Shown: positions 1 to 13,972, counted from the first letter of the whole stretch. The stretch is 63,639 nucleotides of DNA, filler included, from Octopus bimaculoides (GCF_001194135.2; 8 parts of 7 records of this genome joined end to end with filler, not necessarily neighbours in it), one strand, 5' to 3'. Translations and numbers: made by a program. The notes: generated from the letters alone by a model not told the origin.

Positions 1-311
1 GACAGCGAAACGGGCTGATTACTACCTAGCTCAGATACCAGGAAACCCCAAAATGGCTGAAGTCCAAAAGATAGTGCTCATGGGAACTGCCCATATCCTA
101 CGTAAAATACTGTCTATGTGATCTCAAATTTTAAAGCAAACATAATTTTCTTATGGTTTCTTAAACATTCACTTGAACAAAACTGTACAAATCCAAATAT
201 ATGGTACCCTAGGCATAACACCTACATGAACTTCTAACTTGTTGTCTCTTGAGGTCTCTGGGTGAGACTTGGATCCAACTTGTACAAATGCAAAACAAAA
301 GTCAAACATAA

Positions 312-345
<34 letters not shown>
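1..345 (+). mobile_element. 3' end of R4/Dong-like non-LTR retrotransposon with (AAT)n tail
   Basis: Frame 2..121 reads TAKRADYYLAQIPGNPKMAEVQKIVLMGTAHILRKILSM*, the QK.(AL)LGTA.ILRK.L C-terminus of restriction-like-endonuclease (RLE) LINEs. About 190 bp of 3' UTR follows, then (AAT)n at ~312-345. Confidence 0.85.
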
Positions 346-348
<3 letters not shown>

Positions 349-1739
349 GGTTTCCATTTTAGGTGACTTTTGGGACTTGAGTTACTTGAGTTTATTGTTT
401 TCTTAGAAAAGAACTCCGCCATAGAGTGCTAATATGGAATTTTCACCGTCCGCGTTGCCAGATTGGGAATGTGTTTCAGAGGTTAACCATATTTCGAATA
501 GCACCCACGCGCCTTGTCTCAATCTTCACTTGACTCCGCACTACAGTTTATTTAAAGAGACGAGTTTTCGAGAAATTGACTCTGACAAACAGTGACCACG
601 CCGGTTTACAATCAAGAAATCACATCAGCGTATGTCTGCGCATCGTTAGTGACAACGTTGTTTGATACTCAGCGTAAAATATAAATGAAATAGCTGGATC
701 TACTGACCAGTGGAACGTGTCCCTTCTGCTAAAAGCAAAAGAGTAAATTCTCTCGTCAAATAATATCTGATATGGGTCACTGTACAGAGGATAGGCGGTA
801 ATACCGAAGTGATACAATGTAAGTGTTCACTACCTCTGTCTTTTTAAGAATAGCTTTCTCTCAGTAACCTTTTGGGTGAGATTGGTTACTTTGCTTACAA
901 GTTGACCTCAATTCCTCTCTAACTGAAAATGTATAATGTCATACACTTCAGAAATTGCGTAGTATTTAGTGGAACATTTGAATGACGATAATCTGAATTG
1001 TATAGTACATCAGTCTCGCACTCCTGTTTCCTTAAATTCCACCCGGGACTTCGATCGAATTTCTAGTAATCTCCATTACTTGCCTTCTCAAAAATGTATA
1101 TCTGAACCATTTGAATTTTGAACTAACTGCAAAGAGTATTAAACCACTTAACGAATGCTTGTATATCAAATAGTATGTAGCTGCTACTGTACGAATTCTA
1201 ACTCCAAATTGCTTGAAAATGTTAATAATAGAACACACTTTCTGACTGTTGGCAATATGCGAGTAACCTCCGAAGTGAGAAATCACAATTTGAGTCTTTT
1301 TAGGAAGCTGTAGACGCGGCAACTGTTATACTACAGTTGATTATAGTTTTACATGTGCAAACGTCAAGCATTGCGATACAAGAACCTCTACTTGTTTTAA
1401 CAACATTATCAAACCTGTCTTTTGTATCGTTAATCATTTAAACCAATTGATGCTGACAAGTGGTTTCGAATTATCCTTCCTTCTTCAAAAACAACGAAGA
1501 ATACCTTAGCCGCGTAATTATGGACAGTAGGGAATTTAATGGGGAATCTAAACAAGGACATATTGTTTTAATCAAAAGTGGATTGGATAACTGTCAACTT
1601 GATTCTAATACTTTAATAGTGTAAGTTTTTTTCCATATACCAACAAATTATACTTGCTCATTTCTGAAGATTATATAATGTGATCAGGATGGTTTACAAA
1701 ATGCATTAACTACACAAGCACACATATAGGTATGTTTGT

Positions 1740-2590
1740 GAATACGCGTGGAATTGAACAACAGAGAGATTAAAGAAACATTGAAATGCATTGCATTGAA
1801 ATTTGGGAATTCATCGTGTATTTTGGTGACTGCGCAAATAGTATATGCACAAGTACTTCAGTCAATTGAAAGATCAAGGGAATCTATTTTAGGACGTAAA
1901 CTGTGTTCCCATCATGGAGTTAGATGATCAAAAATAGTCGCACAAATTGACATGTTTAGTTGCTATCTCTAACGAAATAAATGATGTATGTTTGAGATTG
2001 AAAAGACTAAATCACATCAAGTTATTACTTCTTTTCTTACAAATAAAAAGTATTTTTGAAATGCACAGCAATTCTATGTATCTCAAATGTAAAAACAAAA
2101 AATTGCTTGATGGGTTTTGAAAAACTGAAATAACAGCAACCCGGATCAATGGTGTGATATGATGCATGGAACTTTTAATATATTCGGATATGTTTTAAAA
2201 TAGATTTCTGTATTATATATAAATCATAAGCTCTCACTCTGAATATGCGATATTTCTTTTGATGTGATGCACTTTATACCACGCAGCATGAGTTAATTCC
2301 CTTACAAAGAATACCTATTTGGTATTGAAATTGAATAGAGTATCTATTTTAGGATTTTGCTTATCCCACGTATATGTTGAAAGATAAACACTACTTAGGA
2401 ATCATGCATTGAAAATTGTATCGCTGTTTTCTATTACGCACTGATATGAGCTAACCACTCACTATTAGATTTCGACTGAACCCAAATGAACAAGAGACAT
2501 GCGGATTATAACGCTGCATCATCATTTTCATACGACCTCAGTGAGTATTTCCATTGCAATGCAGAACCAATTACCTCCTTAACATGCAAA
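1740..2590 (+). pseudogene. Heavily decayed hAT (Charlie/SPIN-like) transposase relic
   Basis: Manual translation across stops and frameshifts gives AQVLQSIERSRESIL, VPIMELDDQK*SHKLTCLVAISNEINDVCLRLKRLN and LRNHALKIVSLFSITH. These resemble the ELEDPKW..DLAFLVDIT.HLNELNLKLQGK and L...ALK..SLFGSTY.CE blocks of Charlie-type hAT transposases. No TIRs located. Confidence 0.45.
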
Positions 2591-3554
2591 GTAAGGTATT
2601 TAATTAAATTTAAAGGACTATCCACTGTGATGTCATTGGTGATTCTGTATTGATATCATTATAATTATCTAGTTAATTAATGCGTAACATTGGTTTTAAA
2701 TTTTGGCACAGAGTCAGGGATTCCGGGGAGTGGATCAAGATAAATTTGACCTCAGTAGCATTCGAATTCAAAGTACAAAAATGGAGGAAATGCCACTATG
2801 CACTTTTCCAGGTGTGCCAAGGAGCCGCCTTACTTAATGCGTAACATCATTATTACTTTCAAGAATCTTGGGCATATACACGATTTTCGAAACTTCGAAG
2901 TAAATTTCTTTCCTCGGCACCTATATGTTCCTATAGATTCTTACGAGCCTGCACACCATTTTTGATAATAAAAAAAAGTCTTGAATTCTGGCACTGAGAT
3001 TCGTTTTCTTTCTTCCATGTTTTACATGTTTTTTTTTCGTGTAGCTTTTGCAGGGCCTGTAACTGTGTTAGGGATATTTTCCCTCACGTCAGCCTATCAT
3101 GTAGACTCTCTTTCAACGGCCTCTTCTTTATGGTGCATGTATCAGTGTTGTTGTTGGTGTTGTCTTTCATGATGCTGCTGCTGACTTGATCAAAGGCTTT
3201 TTAGTCATGACATGTATGTATATTTTTTGAGCATTTCTTATCTAGAAATACATTGCTGAATGCCTTCTTTTCAAAATCGCATGACGACTTACCGGGGATA
3301 TTTGGCAGTTATTTTTAGCAGGTCGAACTTCAGGTAAGGGGCCCACGTTCGCTGGTTGGTTTCACGTTTATTATTGCTGGTATCGTTTAGTCCAATTTCA
3401 TCTCTGAGCATATAAACAAAACAACCAACAACGACGAAGGGCAATCCCGACCTAAAACATTCTTTCCTTAAGCATACTAGGGCCATTTTTATGCTGTTCT
3501 CATTTTTATATGACGGTATTTTCAGAGCAGTTCTATCAATGGCTACTAACAACG

Positions 3555-3592
<38 letters not shown>

Positions 3593-4019
3593 NNNNNNNN
3601 NNNNNNNNNNNNNNNNNNNNNNNNNNNNNNNNNNNNNNNNNNNNNNNNNNNNNNNNNNNNNNNNNNNNNNNNNNNNNNNNNNNNNNNNNNNNNNNTATAT
3701 ATATCTGTTGTTGTGTCGACGCCCCCAGGCGAAGAAGTAGGATCTCCCAAGACATATAAATAGAGGTAGTCTGGCCGTGGTAGCAGTGTTGAGTAGCAGT
3801 TGTGTAGCGGTTGAGTAGCAATCATCCGAAGGTGCTAAATAGCAGTAGCGTTGAGACATAACAATATCCAAAGTAACATTCATGTCTTGTTAGAACACCT
3901 TGAGAGATTACCTCAAAAGCGCTGGGTGCAAGCAATTACAGAGATCGTAGCAGACGAGAATCGCCGGTCACGGGCGGCGCCGGAACTTCTATATAACGTG
4001 ATTATATGCTCGTGGAAAT

Positions 4020-4130
4020 CACCAAATGTGCAAGTAAAATGCTTATGGACTGGGGTCGATTTGTTCGACTAACCCCTTTAAGGCAGTGCCCCATCATGCC
4101 ATAGTTAAATGACTGAAACAAGTGAAAATA
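4020..4130 (+). mobile_element. SINE family A, 3' fragment
   Basis: TGGGGTCGATTTGTTCGACTAA...GGCAGTGCCCCA...AAATGACTGAAACAAG matches the 3' end of the full copy at 23545-24175. Confidence 0.7.
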
Positions 4131-5898
4131 TCATGTTAGTTTAAATTTAAAGTTTTAACACTCACTGACTTCTGAATGTATTAGAGTTCTCTAGAGTTGT
4201 TGCGGTATGACACACGTAATTTGTCAGAACCCTCCACATCATTCACAGGAAACCAAAATCAGCTTATCTCAGTATAAATAAATATTACTTCTAAGAAGAA
4301 CAATCATCACTATTACTTCTTTTTCTGAAACCTGAAGCTGCTACGTTGTTGCAAAAGTTAAGTGTGAACACATTAAGCGTAGAGAGCAGTAAAAAGCTAA
4401 TGGGATATAATTAAACGAAGAGGGGAAAATATAAACAATATTTATCACACTTCTTATCAACTAAACTATTAGAACAAGTACTGGAGACAACTGCTGTCAT
4501 GTTTGTGCAGTATTATGGCACATTGGGGAACCTAGACTCCTTCATTCTTATCGAGATTATGATGAACGTGTTATTGGTTGTCATAGAAAATTAGATTTGC
4601 CGATGGAATAAATTACTTTAAAAGACCACTCACTTAAAAAGTAGTAGTTAAGTTAATGTTAACATTCTTTATGCGAAGAGTATTAAACTACTAAATGGCT
4701 ATTGTTATGAAGCGAGGAAAAACAATCAATATTTCTGAATTACAAATATTGCTGTTTTTATTTTGATGTATATGGATGAGAACAGCGAGCGCGTCATAGA
4801 TTTCACGCTATGTGCAGATATATTGTTGAGTGCATCACTAATCAAATATGCAAGACCTTACAGTGGTTTGTGCAGAAATAATATGCAGTTAAGGATAATA
4901 AACAACTGATGCTATTTCATGAACGTAGGCTTAAGAGAAGTTTCGTACACGAAGAAAAGAAAGAAAAAAAAGGAATCAAGGAAACACAGAGACATATAAT
5001 GGCAGCTGAGTAAATTAGAGGACAACTAGATTGGGCGACAGAATACCGTAAATTAACTGAGGTTTTGGACGCATATTTACAGATGCGGAACACTAGGTGC
5101 CTCTAAGCGGGGAAACGAAAACCGAGACCTACATGAGTATTGCTGTCGCTGAACTCATATAATACCTGACCAACCAAGTTTATATTTACATGCATTTCAG
5201 TCGTACATCGTCTGTTTATTTGTTTCAAACAGAGTGATTTTAAAAGACCAAGTTCGTCTTGTGGGTTCGTCATATTCTTGAAGTTGAATTGTGGTGTGTG
5301 AAAATATTTTTTGTGCTATTTGTAGAGAGTAAACCAGCGTAGATGAGATTTTTTTTTCATTTCACATCTTAACGAAGCTGAAACAGAAAAGAATCAGTGT
5401 TCTTCAATGTATTTCTGATTTTTGCTAAAAGGGATGTCTGAAGTTGTTTTTTAGACGCTACATTTGCTTATATTACTTTTAGTATTTAACCCTAGGACAT
5501 CCTTGATTAAACACAGCTATTACTAATGGTGATCCATGCATGACCATCCTAGTTTTGTGTTTATTTATGATAATATTATCTTCTGTGGTGTTCCATGTTT
5601 TTATGTTGTTTAAGCTCCGTTTGCAACCCATTATCCATCGATGTTTTAAAACATTTGCTACATCTGATATATGTTACACTGCCGTGTTCTTTACGATCTA
5701 TTCACAATCCGTGTAAACAACATTTTATATTTAGTGTCAGTATTTCTTTTATTCAATTGTTTATTTTAATTTTCCTAAGTTATTTTTTGAAATGTGTTTT
5801 TTTATTTTATTATTAATCACTAGACAAACAAATATATACACACAAACATGCACACCCATATACATACATACATACATACATATATGTATATATGTATG

Positions 5899-5945
<47 letters not shown>

Positions 5946-6675
5946 NNNNNNNNNNNNNNNNNNNNNNNNNNNNNNNNNNNNNNNNNNNNNNNNNNNNNNN
6001 NNNNNNNNNNNNNNNNNNNNNNNNNNNNNNNNNNNNNNNNNNNNNNNNNNNNNNNNNNNNNNNNNNNNNNNNNNNNNNNNNNNNNNNNNNNNNNNNNNNN
6101 NNNNNNNNNNNNNNNNNNNNNNNNNNNNNNNNNNNNNNNNNNNNNNNNNNNNNNNNNNNNNNNNNNNNNNNNNNNNNNNNNNNNNNNNNNNNNNNNNNNN
6201 NNNNNNNNNNNNNNNNNNNNNNNNNNNNNNNNNNNNNNNNNNNNNNNNNNNNNNNNNNNNNNNNNNNNNNNNNNNNNNNNNNNNNNNNNNNNNNNNNNNN
6301 NNNNNNNNNNNNNNNNNNNNNNNNNNNNNNNNNNNNNNNNNNNNNNNNNNNNNNNNNNNNNNNNNNNNNNNNNNNNNNNNNNNNNNNNNNNNNNNNNNNN
6401 NNNNNNNNNNNNNNNNNNNNNNNNNNNNNNNNNNNNNNNNNNNNNNNNNNNNNNNNNNNNNNNNNNNNNNNNNNNNNNNNNNNNNNNNNNNNNNNNNNNN
6501 NNNNNNNNNNNNNNNNNNNNNNNNNNNNNNNNNNNNNNNNNNNNNNNNNNNNNNNNNNNNNNNNNNNNNNNNNNNNNNNNNNNNNNNNNNNNNNNNNNNN
6601 NNNNNNNNNNNNNNNNNNNNNNNNNNNNNNNNNNNNNNNNNNNNNNNNNNNNNNNNNNNNNNNNNNNNNNNNNNN

Positions 6676-6722
<47 letters not shown>

Positions 6723-6734
6723 TACATACATGAT

Positions 6735-6960
6735 GTAGTAGTTTAGGCGTAGTACTCATGATATCAAGATAGAGATTTTGATTCCCAGATCTGACGGTGC
6801 GTTGTTTCTTGAGCGTGCATTCCAAACTACCTTGTACGCTCCTTTCTAGGGAGATGCACGATAAAAAAAAGTTAAGCACCAAGTTAGTTAAAGAAAGAAT
6901 ATCATATTTATAGAGGAAATGCTGCCGAAGCCGCCAAAATGATGTTTTAGTGCCGCAAGC
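6735..6960 (+). mobile_element. Old tRNA-derived SINE-like repeat (related copy at 10285-10500)
   Basis: Colinear with 10285-10500 (GTACTCATGAT..AGAT..GATTTTGATT..AGATCTGACG..TTCTTGAGC..CTCCTTTCTAGGGAG); tRNA-like A/B-box head. Confidence 0.55.
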
Positions 6961-7341
6961 GAACATTTGAGTTGCGGTTGAGAACCTTTACTTTAAAATG
7001 TCGAATTACATATCTTGAGGAAACTATTCTTCAATGGTTTACTTAAGGTTTCGCCCAGTTTAATACCCTTACCATATCCTCTGGTGGTTAGTGATGCTAA
7101 CTCTGTTCTAAACATGTGTCAGGTCTCTGATTGGAGAGAAACTTGCTCAGTTTTCCTCACTACACTGAAGCTTTCTGAAAAAAGTTTGATGGCCGTTGCC
7201 TTTCCATTCCTGACTACGAGAGTAAAAATTCACCACACACATGCATACACATACATAGTCTTCCTCTATCTCCCTCACCCTCTCTCTTTCTCACACACGC
7301 ACGCACAATCACACACATATGCTCACAAGTACACATATATA

Positions 7342-8206
7342 TGAGGGGGTACCCAAAAGAAGCCGGAATTTCGCAATATCATTGTATTCACTTAGTCTTA
7401 CATGTTTACACTTCCATCGATTTCAAAATATTCTCTATTTGAAGCTATGCATCAGTCCAGGTGCGTTTGCCATTATTCGAATCAGTGCTGGATCCTTGCG
7501 AACTGATACTTTTTAACGCTTCCATCATTATTTTCTTCGCCTCTTCCATATCTGCAAATTCCGTAGTATCAGCTTTCATCACGAGTGACGACCTTCAAAA
7601 AAGGATCCGGATCAACTTCCAACTGTTCTTTCAGTTAACGAGTCGCATTCAGTCGGGACTGCTTTTGATCTTCTGTGAGCAAACGTGGCACAAATTTTGC
7701 TGCAGCTCTTTTCATTCGACATTCCTCGCCCAAAATTCGTTGGCAGGAGCTCCAGCACACACCAGTCTCACCAACAAGTTCGTCAATTGTTCGATGATGG
7801 TCCTCCATGTTCAAGATATGAATTTTCATGATGTTTTCACTTGTTCGGGAGGTCACCCTGATTGAGATAAGACTTCAAGCGGCTAGTGACATTTCGTAAA
7901 TCATGGAAATCACTCGTAATCTCGTAAACAGCGTCCTATTAAGCTGATCGAAGCATCAGAGCTATCTCGGCCGCCGTTTTCCTCAGCAGAAAACAAAATT
8001 ATTATTCCTTCATTTCAGCAATCGTAAAAAATCGACGAACAGGGGAGGGGTCCTGCAAAATAAAGACACACCACGTGGGAGTGTGAAACACCAGAGTGAG
8101 CCAGTTGGCAGAGGTATGCATGCCTGATGGTCTCATCAAGTGGCTTCTAGCGGCGGAAGCCTGACCTACAAAGGGATTGTCCCGCCGGTTACTTTTGGAT
8201 ATGGCG

Positions 8207-8208
<2 letters not shown>
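7342..8208 (-). mobile_element. Internally deleted mariner element, TA-flanked
   Basis: Imperfect TIRs ACCCAAAAGAAGCCGG / CCGGTTACTTTTGGAT. Minus strand reads FCFLLRKTAAE..., ILGEECRMKRAAAKFVPRLLTEDQKQSRL, VVTRDES*YYG joined directly to FADMEEAKKIMMEALKSIS. Same family as 35306-35730. Confidence 0.9.
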
Positions 8209-8268
<60 letters not shown>

Positions 8269-8273
8269 CATCC

Positions 8274-8340
<67 letters not shown>

Positions 8341-10499
8341 NNNNNNNNNNNNNNNNNNNNNNNNNNNNNNNNNNNNNNNNNNNNNNNNNNNNNNNNNNNN
8401 NNNNNNNNNNNNNNNNNNNNNNNNNNNNNNNNNNNNNNNNNNNNNNNNNNNNNNNNNNNNNNNNNNNNNNNNNNNNNNNNNNNNNNNNNNNNNNNNNNNN
8501 NNNNNNNNNNNNNNNNNNNNNNNNNNNNNNNNNNNNNNNNNNNNNNNNNNNNNNNNNNNNNNNNNNNNNNNNNNNNNNNNNNNTGATAGACGAAAAACCC
8601 TTTTTGTCATTTATTTATGTTGTAATCGTACAATTATTTTCCTTTTGTTGAACAGCTGAAAGGCGTTTATCTATTGTATATGCATAATTTTATTTCTGAT
8701 GTACTTGCATTACTATTTCATCACTTTATGTTCGTCTTGACAGTCGAAAGATCCATTCCGCTATTTATTTATTTGTAAATGTACAAATATTTTCCTTTTC
8801 TTGCATAGCCTAATGGCGTATGTATGTTGTATGCGTACAGGTCTGGCTTTATTGCTCTTGTTTTCGTTCTTGCTTTCGTTCTTGTATACATTAGTTTGGT
8901 CTTTCCAGAAACTTAATGCTCTTAGCTTAATGCTCTGGCGCTTGCCGGATTCGAGCGATAGCAGTGATAAAAAGCGGGAAACTGCTAGGATCTCCCGGAC
9001 ACTGATTGACGTGGAAATCGGCCGCGAAAGGTCCGTGTATCTTGCTTTTGTTGAGTTTCATGTTTGTTATGTTATCGTCTATTTTTCTGTATGGTGTTTT
9101 TTCTTGGATTTCCGCTTATGTTTTTTCTCACTTACACTTGATTTATATTTATATATATATATATATATATGTATATCACCTTTCACTGAGCATCAATCTA
9201 ATATGTTCACTGTGTACGTTCCATTGACTTGTGTTGCTTTCATCCTGCTTTTTGTATTTAATTTGCCTGTATATATATTAAAGGCAGAAAGATATACCTC
9301 ACTAAAGTGATAAAGAACTCAGTAGCCGGTCATTAAGATAGTGTCTTCTATGGCTATTGAATTGGTTTGACTCTTATTTCTAGCAATACTAGTGCTGAGC
9401 AGTGCCCTTAGTCACTTTAGTGACGTATATATTTCTGCTTTTAGGTTTTAAATTTGCAAATGAGCCACCCACATTATTTATTATTCTCACGTTTAATGTT
9501 TAAAAAATCAGCGTATGATTTCAACGAATAATTTTATAAACTGACAAGGCGAGCTGGGTTCAACCCTAGGCACAGTGAAAGCCACTGATGAGCATTAAGA
9601 GCGTAAGCATGAAAATGCAAAATCATCAATGATCTGCCTATACCTGCTGCTGTAAGGAGCCAACCTGCCTTGTCTGTATATACGACAGTGCATTCTGTGG
9701 TTATTGAGTTGTTTTGGCTCTTATTTCTAGCAATACTGGTACGGATTAGTACCGCCTTTGTCACTTTATAAGCGTTTATATATATANNNNNNNNNNNNNN
9801 NNNNNNNNNNNNNNNNNNNNNNNNNNNNNNNNNNNNNNNNNNNNNNNNNNNNNNNNNNNNNNNNNNNNNNNNNNNNNNNNNNNNNNNNNNNNNNNNNNNN
9901 NNNNNNNNNNNNNNNNNNNNNNNNNNNNNNNNNNNNNNNNNNNNNNNNNNNNNNNNNNNNNNNNNNNNNNNNNNNNNNNNNNNNNNNNNNNNNNNNNNNN
10001 NTTTCATTATTAAAAATTTCAGTGAAATAGCAATAAGAAAATAAGTAAGTCCAGATTAGGTTTCATTTCTAATTAGATTATGTTTAATCTGCTTTTAATA
10101 TCAAAACTGTCTAAATATCTTTGATAGAAAAACGAAATAATTATGACTTGTGAAGTTTCAGCTTCAAAACAGAAATAATAAATACTAATTCTTCTAATCT
10201 TTTCGTGTAGTTAGAAAACACACACACATGCACAGACACACATATAAGCACGCACACACGCACACGCACACACACACACACACACACGGTCTAGTGGTTT
10301 GGGTGTTGTACTCATGATCGCGAGATCAGGATTTTGATTTATAGATCTGACGATGTGTTGCATTCTTGAGCAAACATTTCGAGCCACACCGCACACTCCT
10401 TTCTAGGGAGTTGCGCAAGTTAAATACCAAGCTAATAGCAGAAAAATTATTATATTCATAAAGGAAATATCCTCAAGGCCACCGAAATGATGTTTAAGG

Positions 10500-11190
10500 G
10501 TAGTCTGGGTCAAATGCTTGTTTTGGCTGTCTGCACGCGTATACTCGGTCGATGGTCGGAAGGTAAACGATGACTCATCCGAGAAAATAACATTCTTCCA
10601 TTGCTCTTGGATCCAATTCTGTAGGTTTATTCTCCACTATAAACGCTTTGTAACGTTTGTTTTTGAAAGTAGTGGTTTTCTGATTGCAGCCATCCCGTAA
10701 AATCCGGCATTGAGGAGCTCCCGGTGGTCAATTTTTGTGGAAACCGGGTTCTAGAGGTGGTCATTAAGCTCCAGTAATTTTGGAAACCTGTAATTTTCTG
10801 ATACTTTCTAACAATTCGCGTAAGAGTCCGACGGCCCTTATCTGAGAGTTTTCGTTTTATTCCGAAGTGTTCTTTCGACGAGGAGGGTGTTTTCCCTCTT
10901 TCTCAAAGGCTGTCATTACTTTCGAGACAATACTTCTTCATACACCAAACACTTCGACTGTTTTCCTTATGCTAGCGCCTGCCATACGAGCATCAACAAT
11001 TTGACCTCTTAGAAAGTCCGATAGATCTGTCATTTTAATGAATTTTAATTACCTTTTTCTGATGATATCTGAAAAGAAGCAGCAATTTTAGCGAAACATA
11101 TTAAGCAACACTAATAATAAATTAAAAAAAACATAAAAATAAATAAGCTTTGACGATTTTATAGATATTAAAACTTTCGCTGACCATCAA
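10500..11190 (-). mobile_element. Tc1-like transposase relic (5' half)
   Basis: From the ATG at 11033: MTDLSDFLRGQIVDARMAGASIRKTVEVFGV*RSIVSKVMTAFEKEGK...WKNVIFSDESSF. This is a Tc1 paired-like HTH plus the first catalytic D motif. Boundaries approximate. Confidence 0.85.
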
Positions 11191-11196
11191 TCTAAT

Positions 11197-12045
11197 TCGA
11201 GTTGGTTCAAACAGTTCCCGGACTAGTTATCTTTAATTAAAAATAACTTATGTACTTAAGTTTTAACATCATCTCCTTCAAAATAGTAATCTTGTGCGAA
11301 AATAAACCGGTCTCAACGTTCTTGCCACCTTTGGAGTCCGACCTGGAAGCCGTTTTTCGTAAGCGCGTCGAGGATCATCTGTAAATCGCTCTTGATTTCG
11401 AAAATTGTGTTATAATACGGTGACATTTGAGCTGCGTTTTCAATTTGGAGAAAAGATGGAGATCCGCAGGTGCAAAATCTGGCGAATAGGGCGGGTGCAG
11501 AAACAATGCCATGTTGCTTTTTCGGCGAGTGAGGAGAGCTCAGTGACAGGGTGCCTCGCCATTGTGCAGAATCGAGATGTTAAGATTGCATTAACGGAAC
11601 CTACTGGTCAGTGCAGACAATCCCAAAATATCAACAATGTCGTTGATTGTCTTCCGACGATGCTCACGCAAAAGCTGAGGAATTTTCTCCACATTTCCAG
11701 GGGTAAGGCTCGTGGCAGATCGCTCATCGTCTTCCAGAGATGTTCTTCCGCTTTTGAATCTCCATTTCACTCGGGACATGGCGTACGACCCATTACCACG
11801 TCGCCGTGAACTTCCCGAAGCAAGCTCAATGTCTCTGTATTAGACCTCCTAATTTCAATGCAAACATTTTACGTTGGGTCTTTGTTCCAACTTTCTGTCC
11901 ATAACAAATGCATAGACTACAGCATACACGTGATCAAAAGAATACAAATTTCAGAACTCACGAAGTAAACACTACGCACGCAACCATGTGCTGTCATCTG
12001 TTGGCGCGCCACAAGATTAGTCTGGGAACTATTTGATCTTCAGCA
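11197..12045 (-). mobile_element. Internally deleted mariner (DD34D-type) element
   Basis: TIR core TCAAACAGTTCCCGGACTA / TAGTCTGGGAACTATTTGA. Protein blocks RFKSGRTSLEDDERS and HPPYSPDFAPADLHLF. Confidence 0.9.
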
Positions 12046-12205
12046 AAGTTTTATGTCAAATTATTTTCATTATTAAATATCTCATTGAAATAGCAATAAG
12101 AAAATATGTAACTCAAGTACATATATTCACTTCTATATTAGATTATGTCTCATTTGTTTTTAATATCTAACATATCTAAATATGTATAGAGATCCTTTCC
12201 ACGCA

Positions 12206-12246
<41 letters not shown>

Positions 12247-12275
12247 ATGCATAAATACATACAGGCATACATGCA

Positions 12276-12331
<56 letters not shown>

Positions 12332-12969
12332 GGGAGAGAGAGAGTGAGAGAGAGACTAATACATATACATAGATGTCATTTTCCTGCGTAGGTGTTTATT
12401 TATATGTTTTTATGTTTAGTATATGTATATGTGGTTGTGTGTTAATGTGTGTTTATGTATGCGTGCGCGATGGAGACAGAAAAATAGATAGAATACATCT
12501 ATGTTGAATCTGAAGTAGTTAAGTAGAAATAATTATATCTGCAATGGCTGTCTTTGTAACTAATCGCAGGCATATAAAATAAATATTTTACAGAAATGAA
12601 TTATACAAAATTCAGTTGAAAATTTCAAGAAGGACAAGACAACCAATTCTTTGAACTGAAATGAAGAAGCTTGATACAACACTGAGACATATCAAAAGTA
12701 AATGAGAAAACAAGTAAGACTATTTAACGAGGTATTAGATAATTGGTAGAGACAGTAGAAAATACAAGTGGAATAATTGTATTAGATGTACTCGTGAAAA
12801 CGTTGTTTCATGTTTGGTAATTTTCTTACATTTGAGTGGGGTAATCAGTTTAAATATTAAAGACTTGTCAAGCCTAGACATATTTAGACGTAATGTGTAA
12901 TAATATTGATAATGATGATGGTGGAGGTGATTATGATGAGGACGCTGCTGCTGATAATGATGATGAGGA

Positions 12970-13027
<58 letters not shown>

Positions 13028-13172
13028 GGTTTCAAATTTTGCCACAAGGACAGCCATTTAGTGGAGAGGAAGTGTCGATTACATCAACCCCACTGTTCAA
13101 CTGGTACATAATTTATCGACCTCGAAAAGGTGAGGGGCAAAGTCGACCTCGGCGGAATTTGAACTCGTCGCC
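13028..13172 (-). mobile_element. SINE family B fragment
   Basis: Reverse complement of GAGTTCAAATTCCGCCGAGGTCGACTTTGCC..GGTCGATAAATT..GTACCAG core shared with 56577-56805. Confidence 0.8.
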
Positions 13173-13200
13173 TTAATAATAATAATAATAATAATAATGA

Positions 13201-13544
13201 CGAGTTAGATCAATACTAAAAACAGAGCTCAATGCTAAAAACAAGATAATGGGTATCAACACTTTAGCTGTCCCAGTTATAAGCTACAGCTACAACATCC
13301 TTAACTGGACACTAAACGAACTATGTAAAATAGACAGGAAAACAAGAAAAATAATGACAGGATATAGGATGCACCACCCAAAATCTGACATAGAAAGGCT
13401 ATATATACAACGCACAGAAGGTGGCAGGGGTCTTATACAGCTAGAAAACTATTATAAAATAACCACCATAGGACTGCAAAAATACCTACTCCAGAAGCAA
13501 GGGAAACTAATACAAATAGCCACAAAACACGAGCAAAACAAAAA
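13201..13544 (+). mobile_element. 5'-truncated R4/Dong-like LINE, RT C-terminal region
   Basis: Open frame RVRSILKTELNAKNKIMGINTLAVPVISYSYNILNWT...DRKTRKIMT..MHHPKSDIERLY..R.EGGRGL begins right after (AAT)n and is cut by an assembly linker. Confidence 0.9.
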
Positions 13545-13644
13545 NNNNNNNNNNNNNNNNNNNNNNNNNNNNNNNNNNNNNNNNNNNNTTAATTAATTAA
13601 NNNNNNNNNNNNNNNNNNNNNNNNNNNNNNNNNNNNNNNNNNNN
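13545..13644. other. Assembly linker N44-TTAATTAATTAA-N44 (also 32326-32425, 41209-41308, 47762-47861, 58125-58224, 60535-60634, 62066-62165)
   Basis: Identical 100-bp spacer with six-frame stop codons, seen seven times. It is an artificial join, not biology. Confidence 0.95.
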
Positions 13645-13761
13645 GGTGCAGATTAGAGAAGACAGATTAGGAACATCCAGAGTACGAAGAGACGGTAGGT
13701 GAAGGAAAGTAAGGTAAAAAAGGATGATAAAGGAGGTTTACAAAAGTGGAAAAGTTCGAAA

Positions 13762-13809
<48 letters not shown>

Positions 13810-13811
<2 letters not shown>

Positions 13812-13972
13812 CGACGGGCTTCTTTCAGTTTCCGTCTACCAAATCCACTCACATGGCCTTCGTCGGTCCAAGCTATAGTAGAAACCACTCGCCGAAGGTT
13901 CCACGCAGTGGGACTGAACTCGAAACCATGTCGTTGAGAAGTAAGCTTCTTACCACATAGTCACGCCTGCGC
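13810..13972 (-). mobile_element. SINE family A, 5' part
   Basis: Reverse complement of tRNA-like head TGTGGTAAGAAGCTT...GGTTTCGAGTTCAGTCCCACTGCGTGG plus GTGGATTTGGTAGACGGAAACTGAAAGAAGCCCGTCGT. Confidence 0.85.

Noticed and set aside
940-1330. Possible Merlin/IS1595-like transposase relic on the minus strand (ISHFGGYSHI, ITRNSIE, AISEVY)
   Set aside because: Only vague motif resemblance, no catalytic residues in register and no TIRs. Needs a profile search.
3706-3897. Solo-LTR-like segment (TGT start, TATAAATAG, ACA end)
   Set aside because: No TSD, no clear poly(A) signal and no second copy in the window.
8140-8210. ORF start MASSGGSLTYKGIVPPVTFGYG
   Set aside because: It is the non-coding 5' end and TIR of the minus-strand mariner read on the opposite strand.
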